Shown one piece after another: positions 27,101-38,492 of a stretch of 64,000 bases of DNA. The DNA lies in NCBI RefSeq assembly GCF_009914755.1, contig NC_060931.1; one strand, given 5' to 3'. Within the stretch, counting starts at the first letter, position 1; each line of letters begins with the position of its first letter. Under the pieces are notes generated by a model. The model did no database searches and was not told where the DNA came from. It saw nothing but the letters and a program-made list of their open reading frames with translations. Source of the stretch: the human T2T-CHM13v2.0 reference genome, Homo sapiens. The position numbers and the translations under genes were made by a program.

Positions 27101-28190
27101 TGGCATGAGCAAAGGCAGAGATGGAGGAAAGTGCCACGTGTGTGCAGTGTAGGGTAGTCAGCTGTGGTCAGGGCATATGACTTTTGGGGGCATGGTGGGA
27201 GGGAAGCCCAGAGTGGTAGGTTGGATGCAGGTGCAAAAGACCCTTGAATGTCTTTCAAAGTGCTGGGCTTTAACCTGTACACAGAGGGGAAGTGTTGTAT
27301 GTTTCCAGGATGGGGGAACTGATATGATCTGACTTTCATAAACTGGAGATAATAAGCAAAGCATATCCTACTTTTTCAACTTGGAAAAACTGCTATGCCC
27401 TTGAAGAGGGGCACTGTCATTCCTTTAACAAAGTGAACGCCCACTTATTGCCTCAAATGACTAAACTAAAAAATGCGACTCTATCACCATAAGCCTCCCT
27501 ATGTTGTGTTGGGAGGTGGATTTTATTGAATCGTCCACATTCTCCCAGTTCTCTTCTAGTCAACTTTTTGGGTTTAGGTTAAGGGAACAATACATTTCTT
27601 TGCAGCAAGCTCTCTAACCAGAGTTTGGGAAAACCTTGATGTTCTTAACATAAACTCAATCAACTGACTTAAACGCATGGAAAATGGTGGACTTAGGAGG
27701 AACATTTCATTTTAGCACTTTACGGATCAAGTCACTATGGGATAGAGACCCTAAACTCTCACAAACTTCCAGGCTAAGATTTTAAAACATAGATTTAACC
27801 CTAGCCTATAAAGTACTTAATCAATAATAGCTTGGTGCCTCAAATTTTGAAAAGGATTTTTATGTACATCATTTCAGTGTGTCCTCCCAGCAGTATTGTG
27901 AGCTGGGTTTGGGAAGTGTCCTTAGGCCATAGCTCCCCAGCAGATGAAGAACTAAAGCCTGGATGGGAAATGACTCTCCAAATTCATGACACCACTGTAG
28001 CTTCATTAGGTCTCTTAACTTCTGAACCTGTTGTTCTTACCATGCTATCTTGGCACCCACTTCTTTTTAAATAAGGGACTGGGGTCTCACAAGAAAAGTA
28101 CACAATTTAGTCCCCCACCCTCCAGTTTCATCAATGCAGAGTGAGATGAGTAAAACAGGGTGCTATAAGACTGCCTGTTGCTTGAGCCTA

Positions 28191-28915
28191 GCTGTGTTGT
28201 GCTGGGGTTGGGTTGGATTGGATTGAGTTGTATTGTGCTGCATTGGGTTAGGTTGGGCTGTGTTGTGTTGTATTGGATTGGATTAGGTTGGGTTTTGTTA
28301 AATTGGGTTGTGTGTGTTGTGTTGTGTTAGACTGGATTTATTGGATTAGGTTGGGTTGAATTGGATTGGATTGTGTTGTGTTGAATTAGATTTAGTTGGG
28401 TTGTGCTGGATTAGATTGAGTTGTGTTGTGTTGAATTGAATTGGGCTGGGTTCAGTTAAGTTTGTGTTGGATTAAATGTAATTGGATTGGGTTGTGTTGG
28501 GTTGTGTGTGCTGTGCTATATCATGTTAGATTGGACTGGGTTGGGTTGGGTTGGGTTGGATTGGATTGGATTGAATTGGGTTGAGTTAGGTTGTGCTGAA
28601 TTGGATTGAGTTGGGTTGGGTTGGGTTGGACTGGATTGGGTTGGGTTGTGTTGGGTTGTATTGGATTGAGTTGGGTTGGATTGGGTTGGGTTGGGTTGAA
28701 TTTGATTGGATTGGGTTGTGTTGGATTGTATTGAATTGGATTGAGTTGAGTTGGATTGGGTTGAATTTGATTGGATTGGGTTGTGTTGTGTTCAGTTGGA
28801 TTGAATTGGATTGGGTTGCATTGGATGGGGTTGGATTGGGTTGTGTTATGTTGAATTGGAATAAATTGGTTGACTTGAGTTGGACTGAACTGGGTTGGAT
28901 TTACTGGTCTGGGAT
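28191..28915. repeat. Degenerate pentanucleotide tandem repeat (TTGGG/TTGGA/TTGTG/TTGAA/TTGAG)n, ~720 bp
   Basis: 5-bp periodicity throughout. It generates the PNPTQ-type and LGWIG-type pseudo-ORFs. Confidence 0.95.
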
Positions 28916-30189
28916 TCACTAGCATAGGATCCAAAGTCTTCCCTGATTACTTTTATTCTGTGGCATTCAGTGACCATTTGCCTATCCTTGCAAAGCTACC
29001 ATGAGTTTACCATGACCAGGTTGTGTGCAACAAGAGCAAAATGGAGCAGCACAAGCAAAAGTCAGCACAGCATTGTGGAACACCAGTTGTAGGGAGCCTC
29101 TCAGCCTGCTCCCTCCCTCAGCTGGCTCAGGTTACACCTGGCCAGGCAATTTCAGAAATGGGTAGGGAAGAAATCCAAGAGCAGGGAGTGGAGAACAAGA
29201 GCCAGGCAGAGCAAGGGTCGGGGCCAGGCAGGCACAGTTTGCAGGCCAGAGAACATTCTCTGAGAGCGCAAGAATCTGTGCCTCCTGGGAAAGGCTGTAA
29301 TCCATTTTCCCTGAAGACCCGAGTAACCCGGTCAAAGAAACTCAATCCCAAGTGGTTTTGACATAAGGTCATGAACCGAGACAAGGCAATCTCAGCAGTT
29401 CATCCCACACAACAAGCAGGCCTGCAGGCAGGGGGACTGGAGCGGAGAGGGCAGGGGTAGCATCTCAGGGCCCTGGTTGCAGGGGGAGGGAGTTGGAGCC
29501 CTTCCTAGCCAGACAGGTGATTCATGTGGACACTCTCACCCTTCTGAGCACCAGAGATCACACCAGGGTCTGACCCTCTGGCAGCCCCATCTGCTCACTA
29601 AAGGGGAAACTGAGGCAGAAAAGAGCGCAATACTGCCCAGAACCCAGAGTGTCGAGGAAAGGAGGTGATATCAGTATGTGCTCACTTGCTTTGGACACTT
29701 GAGAGCGCTAAGCTGGGGGAGGGTCAGCTTCTCCAGCCTCCTGGCTTCCTCCCTCCCTGCTTTCCCTCTCCTTCCCCAGGGCTGGGAGCCAAGGGATGCC
29801 TCAGCTGCAGGACTCTCCCTCCCCACCCCCTGCAGAATGAGCGTTTCCACAACTTGCACATCTTTACCTCCTGTGTTTACCGGAAAACAGGAAGGAAGGA
29901 GGGAAGAGGAAGTCTTTTCAGAGCCTCTGGTGATCATCACGCACTTTGCTTTTTTTTTTTTTTTTTTTTTTTAATTCTTCTCCCCCACTCCAATCTCATC
30001 TGTCCCCTGAAGGGAGAAATCGAACCCATCTGTAGTTGTTACACAGGCAAAATCACAGATGCTGCTGTGGTCTAGCCAGGGTCGGAGGGGCTCTGTTCTG
30101 TGGTGTATATGTAGGTATGTGTGTGCGCGGGTCTCTGCCTGTGTGTTTCTGAAGCTGGTCTTTAACAAGTGTGGACTCTCTGTTGAATT

Positions 30190-30223
30190 CTGCATTTTCT
30201 CCTGCAGCCAGCAGGTGGCAGTG
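30190..30223 (+). promoter_or_regulatory. Candidate CTCF site with upstream (ZF9-11) module
   Basis: CTGCATTTTC-TCCTG-CAG-CCAGCAGGTGGCAG-TG. The core at 30208-30221 matches CCASYAGRKGGCRS exactly. Confidence 0.65.
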
Positions 30224-30477
30224 CTGCGACAGTCGGGTGACTCCAGTCCTGTGACGCCTGGCCCCGCAGCGCTTGTCAGGACTGGTCCAACCGTGGAAGG
30301 GAAGGCATGTCCACACGCACCCCAAGGTGGCCCACATAGAGGTCCTGGGCAAGGCGATATGGAGGAGAGCCATCCAAAGGCCCTTCTGAAACCTCCTCTC
30401 CTCTCTTCCATTCTTCTCTATTTCCCCTAATCTAATCTAGAAAGGGGGAAACCTACTAACGTTTCCTAAGCACATGC

Positions 30478-30656
30478 AGCATGGTTTTCAGACTTAGCAT
30501 AAAACCCCTGCAGAGCTTGTGAAAATGCAGCTTCCCAGGCCCTGTCCACTGAGACTCTCACGCAGCATGGCTGAGGTGGAGCCCAGGAACGTGCATTTTG
30601 AGTAAGTGCTACTGGTGATTCCCATGCAGTCCCCAGGGAACTCCAAATTGAGAAAT
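30478..30656. mobile_element. MER5-family hAT MITE
   Basis: gagcttgtgaaaatgcagcttcccaggccc...ggtggagcccaggaacgtgcattttg...ggtgattc. Confidence 0.7.
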
Positions 30657-30698
30657 AGAAAACTAGCATATTCCAGGTGCTGTGATGAGGGCTTCATC

Positions 30699-30871
30699 CT
30701 AGATCTGTTCTCAGGGTTCCTTGTAAATTATAATTCTCTCCACCTGTTTCCTACTCTAGGTCTGTTCTCAGGGTTCCTTGTAAATTATAATTCTCTCCAC
30801 CTGTTTCCTACTCTAGATCTGTTCTCAGGGTTCCTTGTAATTTATAATTCTCTCCACCTGTTTCCTACTCT
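30699..30871. repeat. 57-bp tandem repeat, 3 copies
   Basis: Units start at 30699, 30756 and 30813: CTAGATCTGTTCTCAGGGTTCCTTGTAAATTATAATTCTCTCCACCTGTTTCCTACT. There is one substitution each in copies 2 and 3. Confidence 0.97.
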
Positions 30872-31082
30872 CCAAACACATTGCCGCTGCACTCCTCTAC
30901 CATGAAGTTTTGGCTCTGCATTCTTAACGGACAATTTTGCTGTTTCCTTATGCTAATTTCCTGGTGCTCTGAGATCACCGGACTTCCTGCTCCAGAAGCA
31001 GGTTTTCTCACACTGCCTCCCTGTCATCCTAACCTTTCTTTTATTCCGTGTAAGTTCCTGAAATGCACAGTGCCTTACCCTG

Positions 31083-31254
31083 CCTTCCCAGCCATGGGGC
31101 TTTGCTGGAGCCGTGCACGGCAGTACCATGCTTCCCCACCTCTCCTATGCTCTCCACTTGCTTCCTTCCCAGTCAAAGGGCTCTGCTGGAGTTCTGCAGG
31201 GCAGTGCCATGCTTCCCCACCTCTCCCATGTTCTCCACCCCTGCCTTCTCAGAC
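31083..31254. repeat. ~81-bp diverged tandem duplication, ~2.1 copies
   Basis: Units start at 31083, 31164 and 31244 and share ggcagtRccatgcttccccacctctcc. Confidence 0.9.
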
Positions 31255-31431
31255 ACCTGAGTTGGACTGCCCTGGTGAACATCTCCACAGTCAAGCAACC
31301 TGGAGCTGCACCTACAGACATGTGCAGAGGACAGGCATCTCCCTTGAAAGTCAGCATGACACAAGACCTACCCACAGTGGTCATACTGGGCGCTTTTAAG
31401 ATGGCAACACAAACAAACTCTGAAAACCCAG

Positions 31432-31847
31432 TGTATTCATTTGCCGGGGGTGCCATAACAGGTGACCACAAACTGGGTGTCATAAAACAACAGAAATGTA
31501 TTCTGTCACAGCTCTGGAGATTAGAAGTCTGGAATCAAGGGGCCGGTAGGGCTGAATCCTTCATTGCCTCTTCCCACCTCCAGTGACTGCTGGCAGTGCT
31601 TGCTGTTCCTTGGCTTGTGGCAGCATCACTCCAATCTCTGCCTTTGTCTTCACATGGCCCGGGTCTCTCTGTCTAAATTTCCCATTCTTTTCTCTCATGA
31701 AGTCACCAGTCACTGGATTAAAGCCCATCCTTCATCCTAACTTGATTAGATCTCCAAAGACCCTATTTACAAAAAGGTCACATGCACAAGTATCAGAAGT
31801 TGGGACTTCAGCTTTCCCTTTGGGGAGATACAGTTCAACCTGCAACA
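31432..31847 (-). mobile_element. MLT1C-like solo LTR
   Basis: tgtattcattt...ccacaaactgggtg...aaaacaacagaaatgtattctgtcacagctctggag...cagttcaacctgcaaca. Confidence 0.85.
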
Positions 31848-32022
31848 CCCCACGAACCAAAGATTCTGCTTTCACTTCTTACCTCCTGCCTGGAGAGAGG
31901 AGAGCAGAGTCTCCGTGCTTCTCCAAGCACTGAATGACCTTTCCCATGAATAAAGCTTTTGCTCTTGGTGGATGCCATATTGGAAGAGGTTAAAGCAAGT
32001 CAGCTTTGGGCTTCCCTGAGTG

Positions 32023-32199
32023 CAGTGGTTCTCAGAGTTTGGGCTCCTGACCAGCAGCATCCGGGAACTTGTTAGAAATGCCAAATCTCTAGCCTTGCGC
32101 AGACCTACAGAATCAGAAACTCCAGGGCTGAAGCCAGCAATCTGTATTTAATAAGTTCTACAGGTGGTCTGGATGCATCCTAAATTTTGAGAATGACTG
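32023..32199. mobile_element. MER5A hAT MITE
   Basis: Inverted termini CAGTGGTTCTCA...TTTGAGAATGACTG, with gaacttgttagaaatgc. Confidence 0.85.
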
Positions 32200-33472
32200 C
32201 TCCCGCGGCAGGGCTCACAAGGGCATCCCCAGCAAGTTCCAGCCACTGACTATGTCGTTTGTTGCCCCAAATCTCCCTGTTTTTCTGCCCTCCGGTTCCT
32301 GGCAATCCCTTGCCAGCTGCCCTTCCTTGACGGCTGTCAGATGCCTGGCACATCACCTGGCTCCACACTCACCGGCCAGCTTCCCAGCACTGTTTTTCTC
32401 CGGCTGCCTCTCCTCACCTGGCTCTCCGTCCGCCACCCCCTCGCGCTTACTTGCATGCCCTCACTTCCCTCTGACTCTTTCTCCTGACAAAGAGAAGAGC
32501 TTGGCAGGGGTTGGTTAAGTTAACTCTGATCACACAGAAAACAAACTGTTATTTTTCTGTCTGCCAAGCTGCTGAAGGCAAGGATGTCAAGCCCAGGATG
32601 TGTGTGAATGTAAGATCTACAGTTACCCTAGCGTGTCTGTGTTCTAGGCAAGCTTTTTTTTTTTTTTTAAATCGTGGTCCAGTTCCCAGGGAGATACCAG
32701 TGACAACCTCTTGGATGCTCATTGCGCTGGCTGTGACAGTCTCTGTACACATTCCCTGACCCAGGGAATGAGCAACTCCCATAAACAGCAGACGGTGGGT
32801 CACCTCTGACATCTGCTGTCCACATTTCTGATCCCCTGGAAGGCCTTGTTCAAAGCAACACTGGGCTGAAATGTTGGTGCACCATGTGTGTTTGCCGTGT
32901 CGGTGCACATAAGCAGACAGACCTGCAGGAGGCAGACAGCCAGGCAGGAGGGAGCCCCGGGGGACACGTGGACACATGTTAGAGTCTGGTGAACATTCAA
33001 GACAAGGTTTTAAAGATGTGTCTGTGGTTGAGGGTGGGGAGGGGCAAAAAGGAGGCCCTTTGGAGAGGGCCAAGGTGCATATATTGGGGAGCCTGTATGC
33101 GGGTGGCCACCCTCCCAGGAGAGTTTCAAGTTTCTGGGGAGGAGGGAAGCCTGGGTGGGGCGGAGGGGGCATAGGAAGTCCTAAACTCCACCCCCAGAAG
33201 AAGGTAGAAATTAGCAGAGTATCTGGGCAAGCTACAACCCAGTTTCCGTGCCTTTTTTGTCCCAATCACCAAATTGGGCACAATTATAGTAGAATAGCAG
33301 TGAGAAAAAAACAAACAGTAAAAATAAACATGGTAAGTGAAAAGGTTGGAAAAGGAATGTGCCAGAGAAATCTGGAAATCTTTGCATGCAGGCACTCGGG
33401 TCTGAGACACACTTTCCATTGGGTCTGGAAACCAGGTAGACCAAGGCTAGAGTTCAATTTCCCTAAAAGGGC

Positions 33473-33769
33473 TTTTTTTTTTTTTTTTTAACAGAGTCTC
33501 ACTCTGTCACTCAGGCTGGAGTGCAATGGTGCAAACTCGGCTCACTGCAGTCTCTGCTCTTGGGTTCAAGCGATTCTTGTGCCTCTGCCTCCCAAGTAGC
33601 TGAGATTACAGGCATGTGCCACCATGTCTGGCTAATTTTTTGTATTTTTGGTAGAGACAGGGTTTCACCATGCTAGCCAGGCTGGTCTTGAACTCCTGGC
33701 CTCAAGTGATCCACCCGCCTCGGCCTCCCAAAGTGCTGGGATTACAGGCGTGAGCCACCGTGCCTGGCC
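33473..33769 (-). mobile_element. AluS (Sz/Sx-like)
   Basis: Full dimer with a poly-T tail. Confidence 0.95.
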
Positions 33770-36681
33770 AGAAGGGTTGCCTTTTTCATTTCTGTCTCCT
33801 AGATGTCACATCAGGTTTTAAGAGGCTGTGGCTCCATTCTTTATCCCACACAGCAAGAAGGTAGCATGGCTAAACATCCTGGTGCAATTTCAACCTCTCA
33901 GGACCACTCTCTAGTTTCAAACCCCAAAAAGCACCTGGCCACATAGGTGAGTTGCTCCGTCACTATCACTCATTTAGTTGGAGACACTCATCTCCTCTTA
34001 AGCACCTCCCGTGCTGTATGTATTTTTAAACTATTGTGACTTATTTTGCTTTGGAAATTTAGGAGATCATTGGGTCACTCTTTGAAACAACCAGAGATGC
34101 TCAGGAAGAAAGGGATGTCACAAAACCAGGTTTGGATACCACTGTTCTGGGGTTCGGCTTCCTGTGACTTAAGAGATCTGTTCAGATTTTAAACAGGACA
34201 GCTGATCCACTATCTCACTGGGTCCCCTCTAGGCAATATAAGCCAGAGAGGCCTTAACATCAGAAATACAAGGGTTGGGGAGGGGTGGTGCACATTTCTA
34301 TCAGTGTATTCTCCTTTAGCACAGATGAAATACACTGGGTGACATAATGGAAATTCACAGAGGGAAAAGATCCGTTGGGGGAGAGACTCATAACTCAGGT
34401 GACCACTGAACTGTGATCCCCATGAGTTCACCTTGTCCAGCCTGTCTTCCCTTTTGCCCTCTCCCCACCACCAGGCCTTAAATCACCTGTACATGTGCAT
34501 TGCTGGGTGCCAGCAGATGATTCATGAAACTCAACAGACAGATGCCCTGGTGGGCACAGGAAACCGAAGGATTGAGAGACATGGGTGTGTTGAAGTGCTA
34601 GCAGTAACAGCCATGAGGCTACACAGTCCATTAGGTTTTCATTTTACAAAGTAGAGTGTACTTGCATCATCTCATCTAATCCTTCGAGTGATCTGAGGAG
34701 TTAGGCATTATTACCTCCAAAGCCTAAGAGAAAGTGGTAAAAGCAAAGCCTTCAACAACAAAACCCCAACCCAGGAGGCCTGACCTGGGTCCACCTAAAA
34801 TCTCTCAGGACAATTCTAGGCACTCTCCCTCCAAAATAGGTCTGCTAGATCTTCCTCCTGCTCCACGGCTCTGCTGTGCAAGGTGTCACCATGCCAGGGA
34901 GTCTTCTGACACGACTCTCCCAGGCCATGGGTGAATGTTCCACTTCCAGGCCACTATAATGTCGACTGTCCTTAGACTATAGCCATGCTTCTGGGTTCTG
35001 CAAAACAATCTGAACCCAAGATTGAGAAACCTGTGATATAATATACAGATCTGTCATGTGGAGGAGACTTGCAGGTTTGATTTTTCTCACTGTTTAAATA
35101 TCTGGGTGGCTGCAGGAAAGATACACCACCCTCTGTGCCTCAGCTTCCTCGTCTGGAAGTGAGGGCCTCATATCTCTGTGGTTTCTCCAAGCAGAAATGA
35201 TGCAATTCTACATGAGGTGCAAACTAATTTGGCTACAAATCATCACAAAATAGGCCTAAGGATGGAGATGGTCCTGGACCATACCGAGCTAGGCAGGGAT
35301 CATCAGAGACAGGCGAACAATGGGTAAGGAGGGCCCTGGAGCAATTTATCCTATTTACAAAAATTAGGCTCTATCTAAAAACTTAGCAGAGAACTGCAGA
35401 CAAGGATGTTGACCAGTGAACCCAAAACCGGATGCCAAGATCCTTCCAAGAAAGTGAAGGGAATGAATGAGAAGGGAAGAGGAAGAGAAAGCAGACAGGA
35501 GTGAAGGGAGAATGGGAGAGGAAAAAAGAGAAAAATTTAAAAGATCTGCCGGTTTGACACTCACATGAAAATGTCCCAGCAGATTTGCATTTCCTAGTAA
35601 TAAATATTTTGTGTTTACTTATTGTGACAGAGTTTGCATGTCATGTAATCACTGTTTCAGTTCATTTTCCCCCCAATGATAGATTGTGATAAGTTGGTTG
35701 TTAATAATGCTACAATTTACCTAACAAATTTTGAGCTTGTAATACAGCTTCATTAATATGTTTAATTTATCGTTACAGTTCCTTCAGGTTAATGGTTTGA
35801 GAGTATGTTGGAGTTTAATCTGAATGGCTATTATAAAGTGCTTGTTTCTCGTTAAAATGTAAAACTGAGATACCCAAGATTTACTTGGGATAAACCAGCC
35901 AGAATAAATCTCCCTCTTCTTTGCATTGGGAAGGGAATGAGGGTCGGCTATTAAAAAGGCTAAGCATTGGAGAGCCCCTTCAGGTAAGTTTAAAGTAATT
36001 TTGCAGATTAAACATCCTTTCCCTAGGGTGAATGGGAGCGATGCCTGAGGCCAGAGTTTAGCCTAGAAGGATTCTCTGGATGCTGCAGAAAGGTAGGGAC
36101 ATCAGAAATGGGGTGATAACTGAATTTCGACAAAATACAGTATAAGCATTGCAGGTGACTGGAAAGGTATCTGAGTGTTGGGTGATGGGTTATAGAAAGC
36201 AGAATCCACAAAGATTAAAATCAAGAACACAAGCCCCCTGAAAAGCACAAAACAGAGGAGAGCAGCCTCCTCTTCTCCAGATGGAATTTTGGCAGCATCC
36301 TCTGGCTGACAAACTTTCACAACACTCCTGTAGCGCATCAGACACCTGCCCCCACCTGCCTTCACCTCCGGGCTCCTCATACTGGTTTATTCTTCTGGGT
36401 AACTTTTAGCTTAGTTCAGAAAAAGAAAGAAACCCTCATTCTGTGGCTCAAATTTTACCACCCAACTGTTCAAGTGGCTTCTAGGGTGCCTAACAGTTTC
36501 TCTGGACCTGGGGTGTGAACGAGGTTGCCTCAGAGCATTGAAGAAGCTTCTGGATACGGGGCCATCTACATTTAGTGAGTTTGTTGATAGCTGAAAAGCA
36601 AGAGTAGAATTCTTGCCATTTGAATAATCAGGGCCCCTCTGGACAAGTCTCTAGCACCCAAGGGCATCTCAGAAAAACAGT

Positions 36682-37095
36682 TGTTATGGGTTGAACTGTG
36701 TCCCCTGAATAGATATGCTGAGATCCTAAGCCCCAGTACCTGTGAATGTGACTTTACTTGGAAATAGAATATTTGCAGAAATAATCAAGATAAGAGGAAT
36801 TGATTAGGGTGGAGTCTACACCATATTACTGGTGTCCTTAAAAGAAGAGGAAAATGCCATGTGGCCGATGGAGGCAGACACTGGAGCAATGAAGCTGCCA
36901 GGCAAGGATGGCTGGCCACTACCAGCACAAAGGAGAGGCAAGGAAGGGTTCTACACAGAGCCTCAAGGAGTGTGGCCCTGCTGACACCTTAATTTCAGAC
37001 TTCTAGCCTCCAGGACTGTGAGAGAATAAACTCCTAATGCCCCAGGCCACCCAGTTTACAGTGTTTTATTACAGCAGCCCTAGGAAACTGACACA
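36682..37095 (+). mobile_element. MLT1C-like solo LTR
   Basis: tgttatgggttgaactgtgtcccc...acagcagccctaggaaactgacaca. Confidence 0.85.
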
Positions 37096-37235
37096 CGTAA
37101 GCCCAGTGGGTCACTCTTGGCACTACAGGGAGACGTGTAAAGGCAAGGGTGGGCATGGATCTTACAGCAGGCAGCGGATTCCAACACAGCTGAAAGCCAG
37201 GACACAGTAGCCCGTCCTACCCACTGTCCAGACCT

Positions 37236-37690
37236 TGTATGATCCTTAATCCTACGTGTCAACCTGACTGGGCTGCAGGGTGCCCAGACAGCTGGCTAAA
37301 CATTATTCTGAGTGCACCTGTGAAGGTCTTTCAGATGAAATGCATGTTTGAGTGGTTGGAGTAGTGCATCAGACTGCCTTCCCAGTGAGGGTGGGTCTCT
37401 ACCAATCTACTGAGGGCCCGAATAGAACAAAAAGGTGGAGGAAGGGAGAATTCCCTGTCTCTGCCTGCCTGTCTTCCAGTAGGGACATTGGTCTTCTTCT
37501 GCCTTTGAACTTGGACTCAGGCTGGAACTCACACCATTGACCTCCCTGGCTCCTCACCTTGCCAACTCCAGATGAGGGAACTTCCCAGCCTCCATAGTCC
37601 TATGAGACAATTCTTTACAACAAACCTCTTTATGTATGTAAATAAATGAACACACACATACACACCATCCTACTGTTCCTGGGTTTTGGT
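37236..37690 (+). mobile_element. MLT2 (ERVL) LTR, MLT2D-like
   Basis: gtgtcaacctgactgggc...aaacattattctg...gagggcccgaatagaacaaaaaggtggaggaagggagaatt. Confidence 0.8.
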
Positions 37691-38183
37691 AGAATCCATG
37701 TGGAATCAGATGCTCTGATGCCCTCGAATGGTGGCCCTTGGTGCTCCCGTGGCCTGCATGGTCTGGCCCCCTCTCTGTCCTACTCTTGCCCCTGCTCATT
37801 TCCCGTCCTTCCCCTTGCCTTCCCACTGTGCCTCCTCTGCCAGCCCCTGCATCAGGGCTGCTCTGCCCGCTTGGATGCTCTCTCGGAGAACCTCACAAGG
37901 CTGGCCCTCGCTTCCCGCGGCCTTGCACCCCCATGGCATCTTGGAGAGGCTTCCCTGACTCCGAGTGCTGATGGTTCCCATTCCTCTAACACATCTCTGT
38001 GCCCTCACCCAGTGTTATCTTTTTTTATATAACACAACCTGAAGTTATAGCTGTTTATTTAGTGTGTGTTTCCCCCATAGAAACTAGAAACTCCCTAAAG
38101 GCAGGAATCATGTCTGTTTCACTCCCCACAGTGTCTGTGCCCAGTGCCTGGCTCAGAGCTGGTACTCAGTAAGTGTTGTGGCA

Positions 38184-38492
38184 GGAAGGGAATGGGGAAA
38201 GGAAGAGGGAGGGAGGGAGGGAAGAAAGGGAGAGAGGGAAGAAGGAAAGGAGAAACAGTGAGAAAGGAAGGAAGCGAAGGAGGGAGGGAAGGAAGAAAAA
38301 GAGGGAAGAGAGGAAGGAAGAAAAGAGGGAGGGAGAGAAGAAAGGAGGGAGGGAGAGAAGAAAGGAGGGAGGGTAGGAAGAAAGGAGGGAGAAAGAAATG
38401 TGGAAGGAAAAGGAGAGAGTGAGAGATGGGAAAGGAAAGAGGGAGAAAAGGAAGGCAAAAAAAAAAGAAAAAAGAAAGGGAGGGAGGGAAGG
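38184..38492. repeat. GA-rich polypurine low-complexity tract following an L2 3' end (~37960-38183)
   Basis: About 310 bp of almost only A/G (GGAA, GGGA and GAAA units). Confidence 0.95.

Noticed and set aside
28521-28934. PNPTQ-rich and LGWIG-rich ORFs resembling repetitive surface proteins
   Set aside because: These are translations of the pentamer repeat. They are open on both strands because the repeat is poor in stop codons, and they have no exon or promoter context.
30699-30871. CRISPR-like direct repeats, and the LFSGFLVNYNSLHLFPTL repeat ORF
   Set aside because: The units are head-to-tail with no unique spacers, there are no cas genes, and the context is a primate intron. It is a minisatellite.
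32549-33265. Longest ORF in the track (238 aa, sense to PLXNA4)
   Set aside because: It has no recognisable domain, runs through a poly-A tract (KKKKK), is P/C/L-rich as expected of GC-rich non-coding DNA, and I saw no supporting splice structure.
31432-37095. Two MLT1C-like LTRs ~4.8 kb apart as a provirus
   Set aside because: They are in opposite orientation, share no TSD, and have no internal MaLR sequence between them. They are independent solo LTRs.
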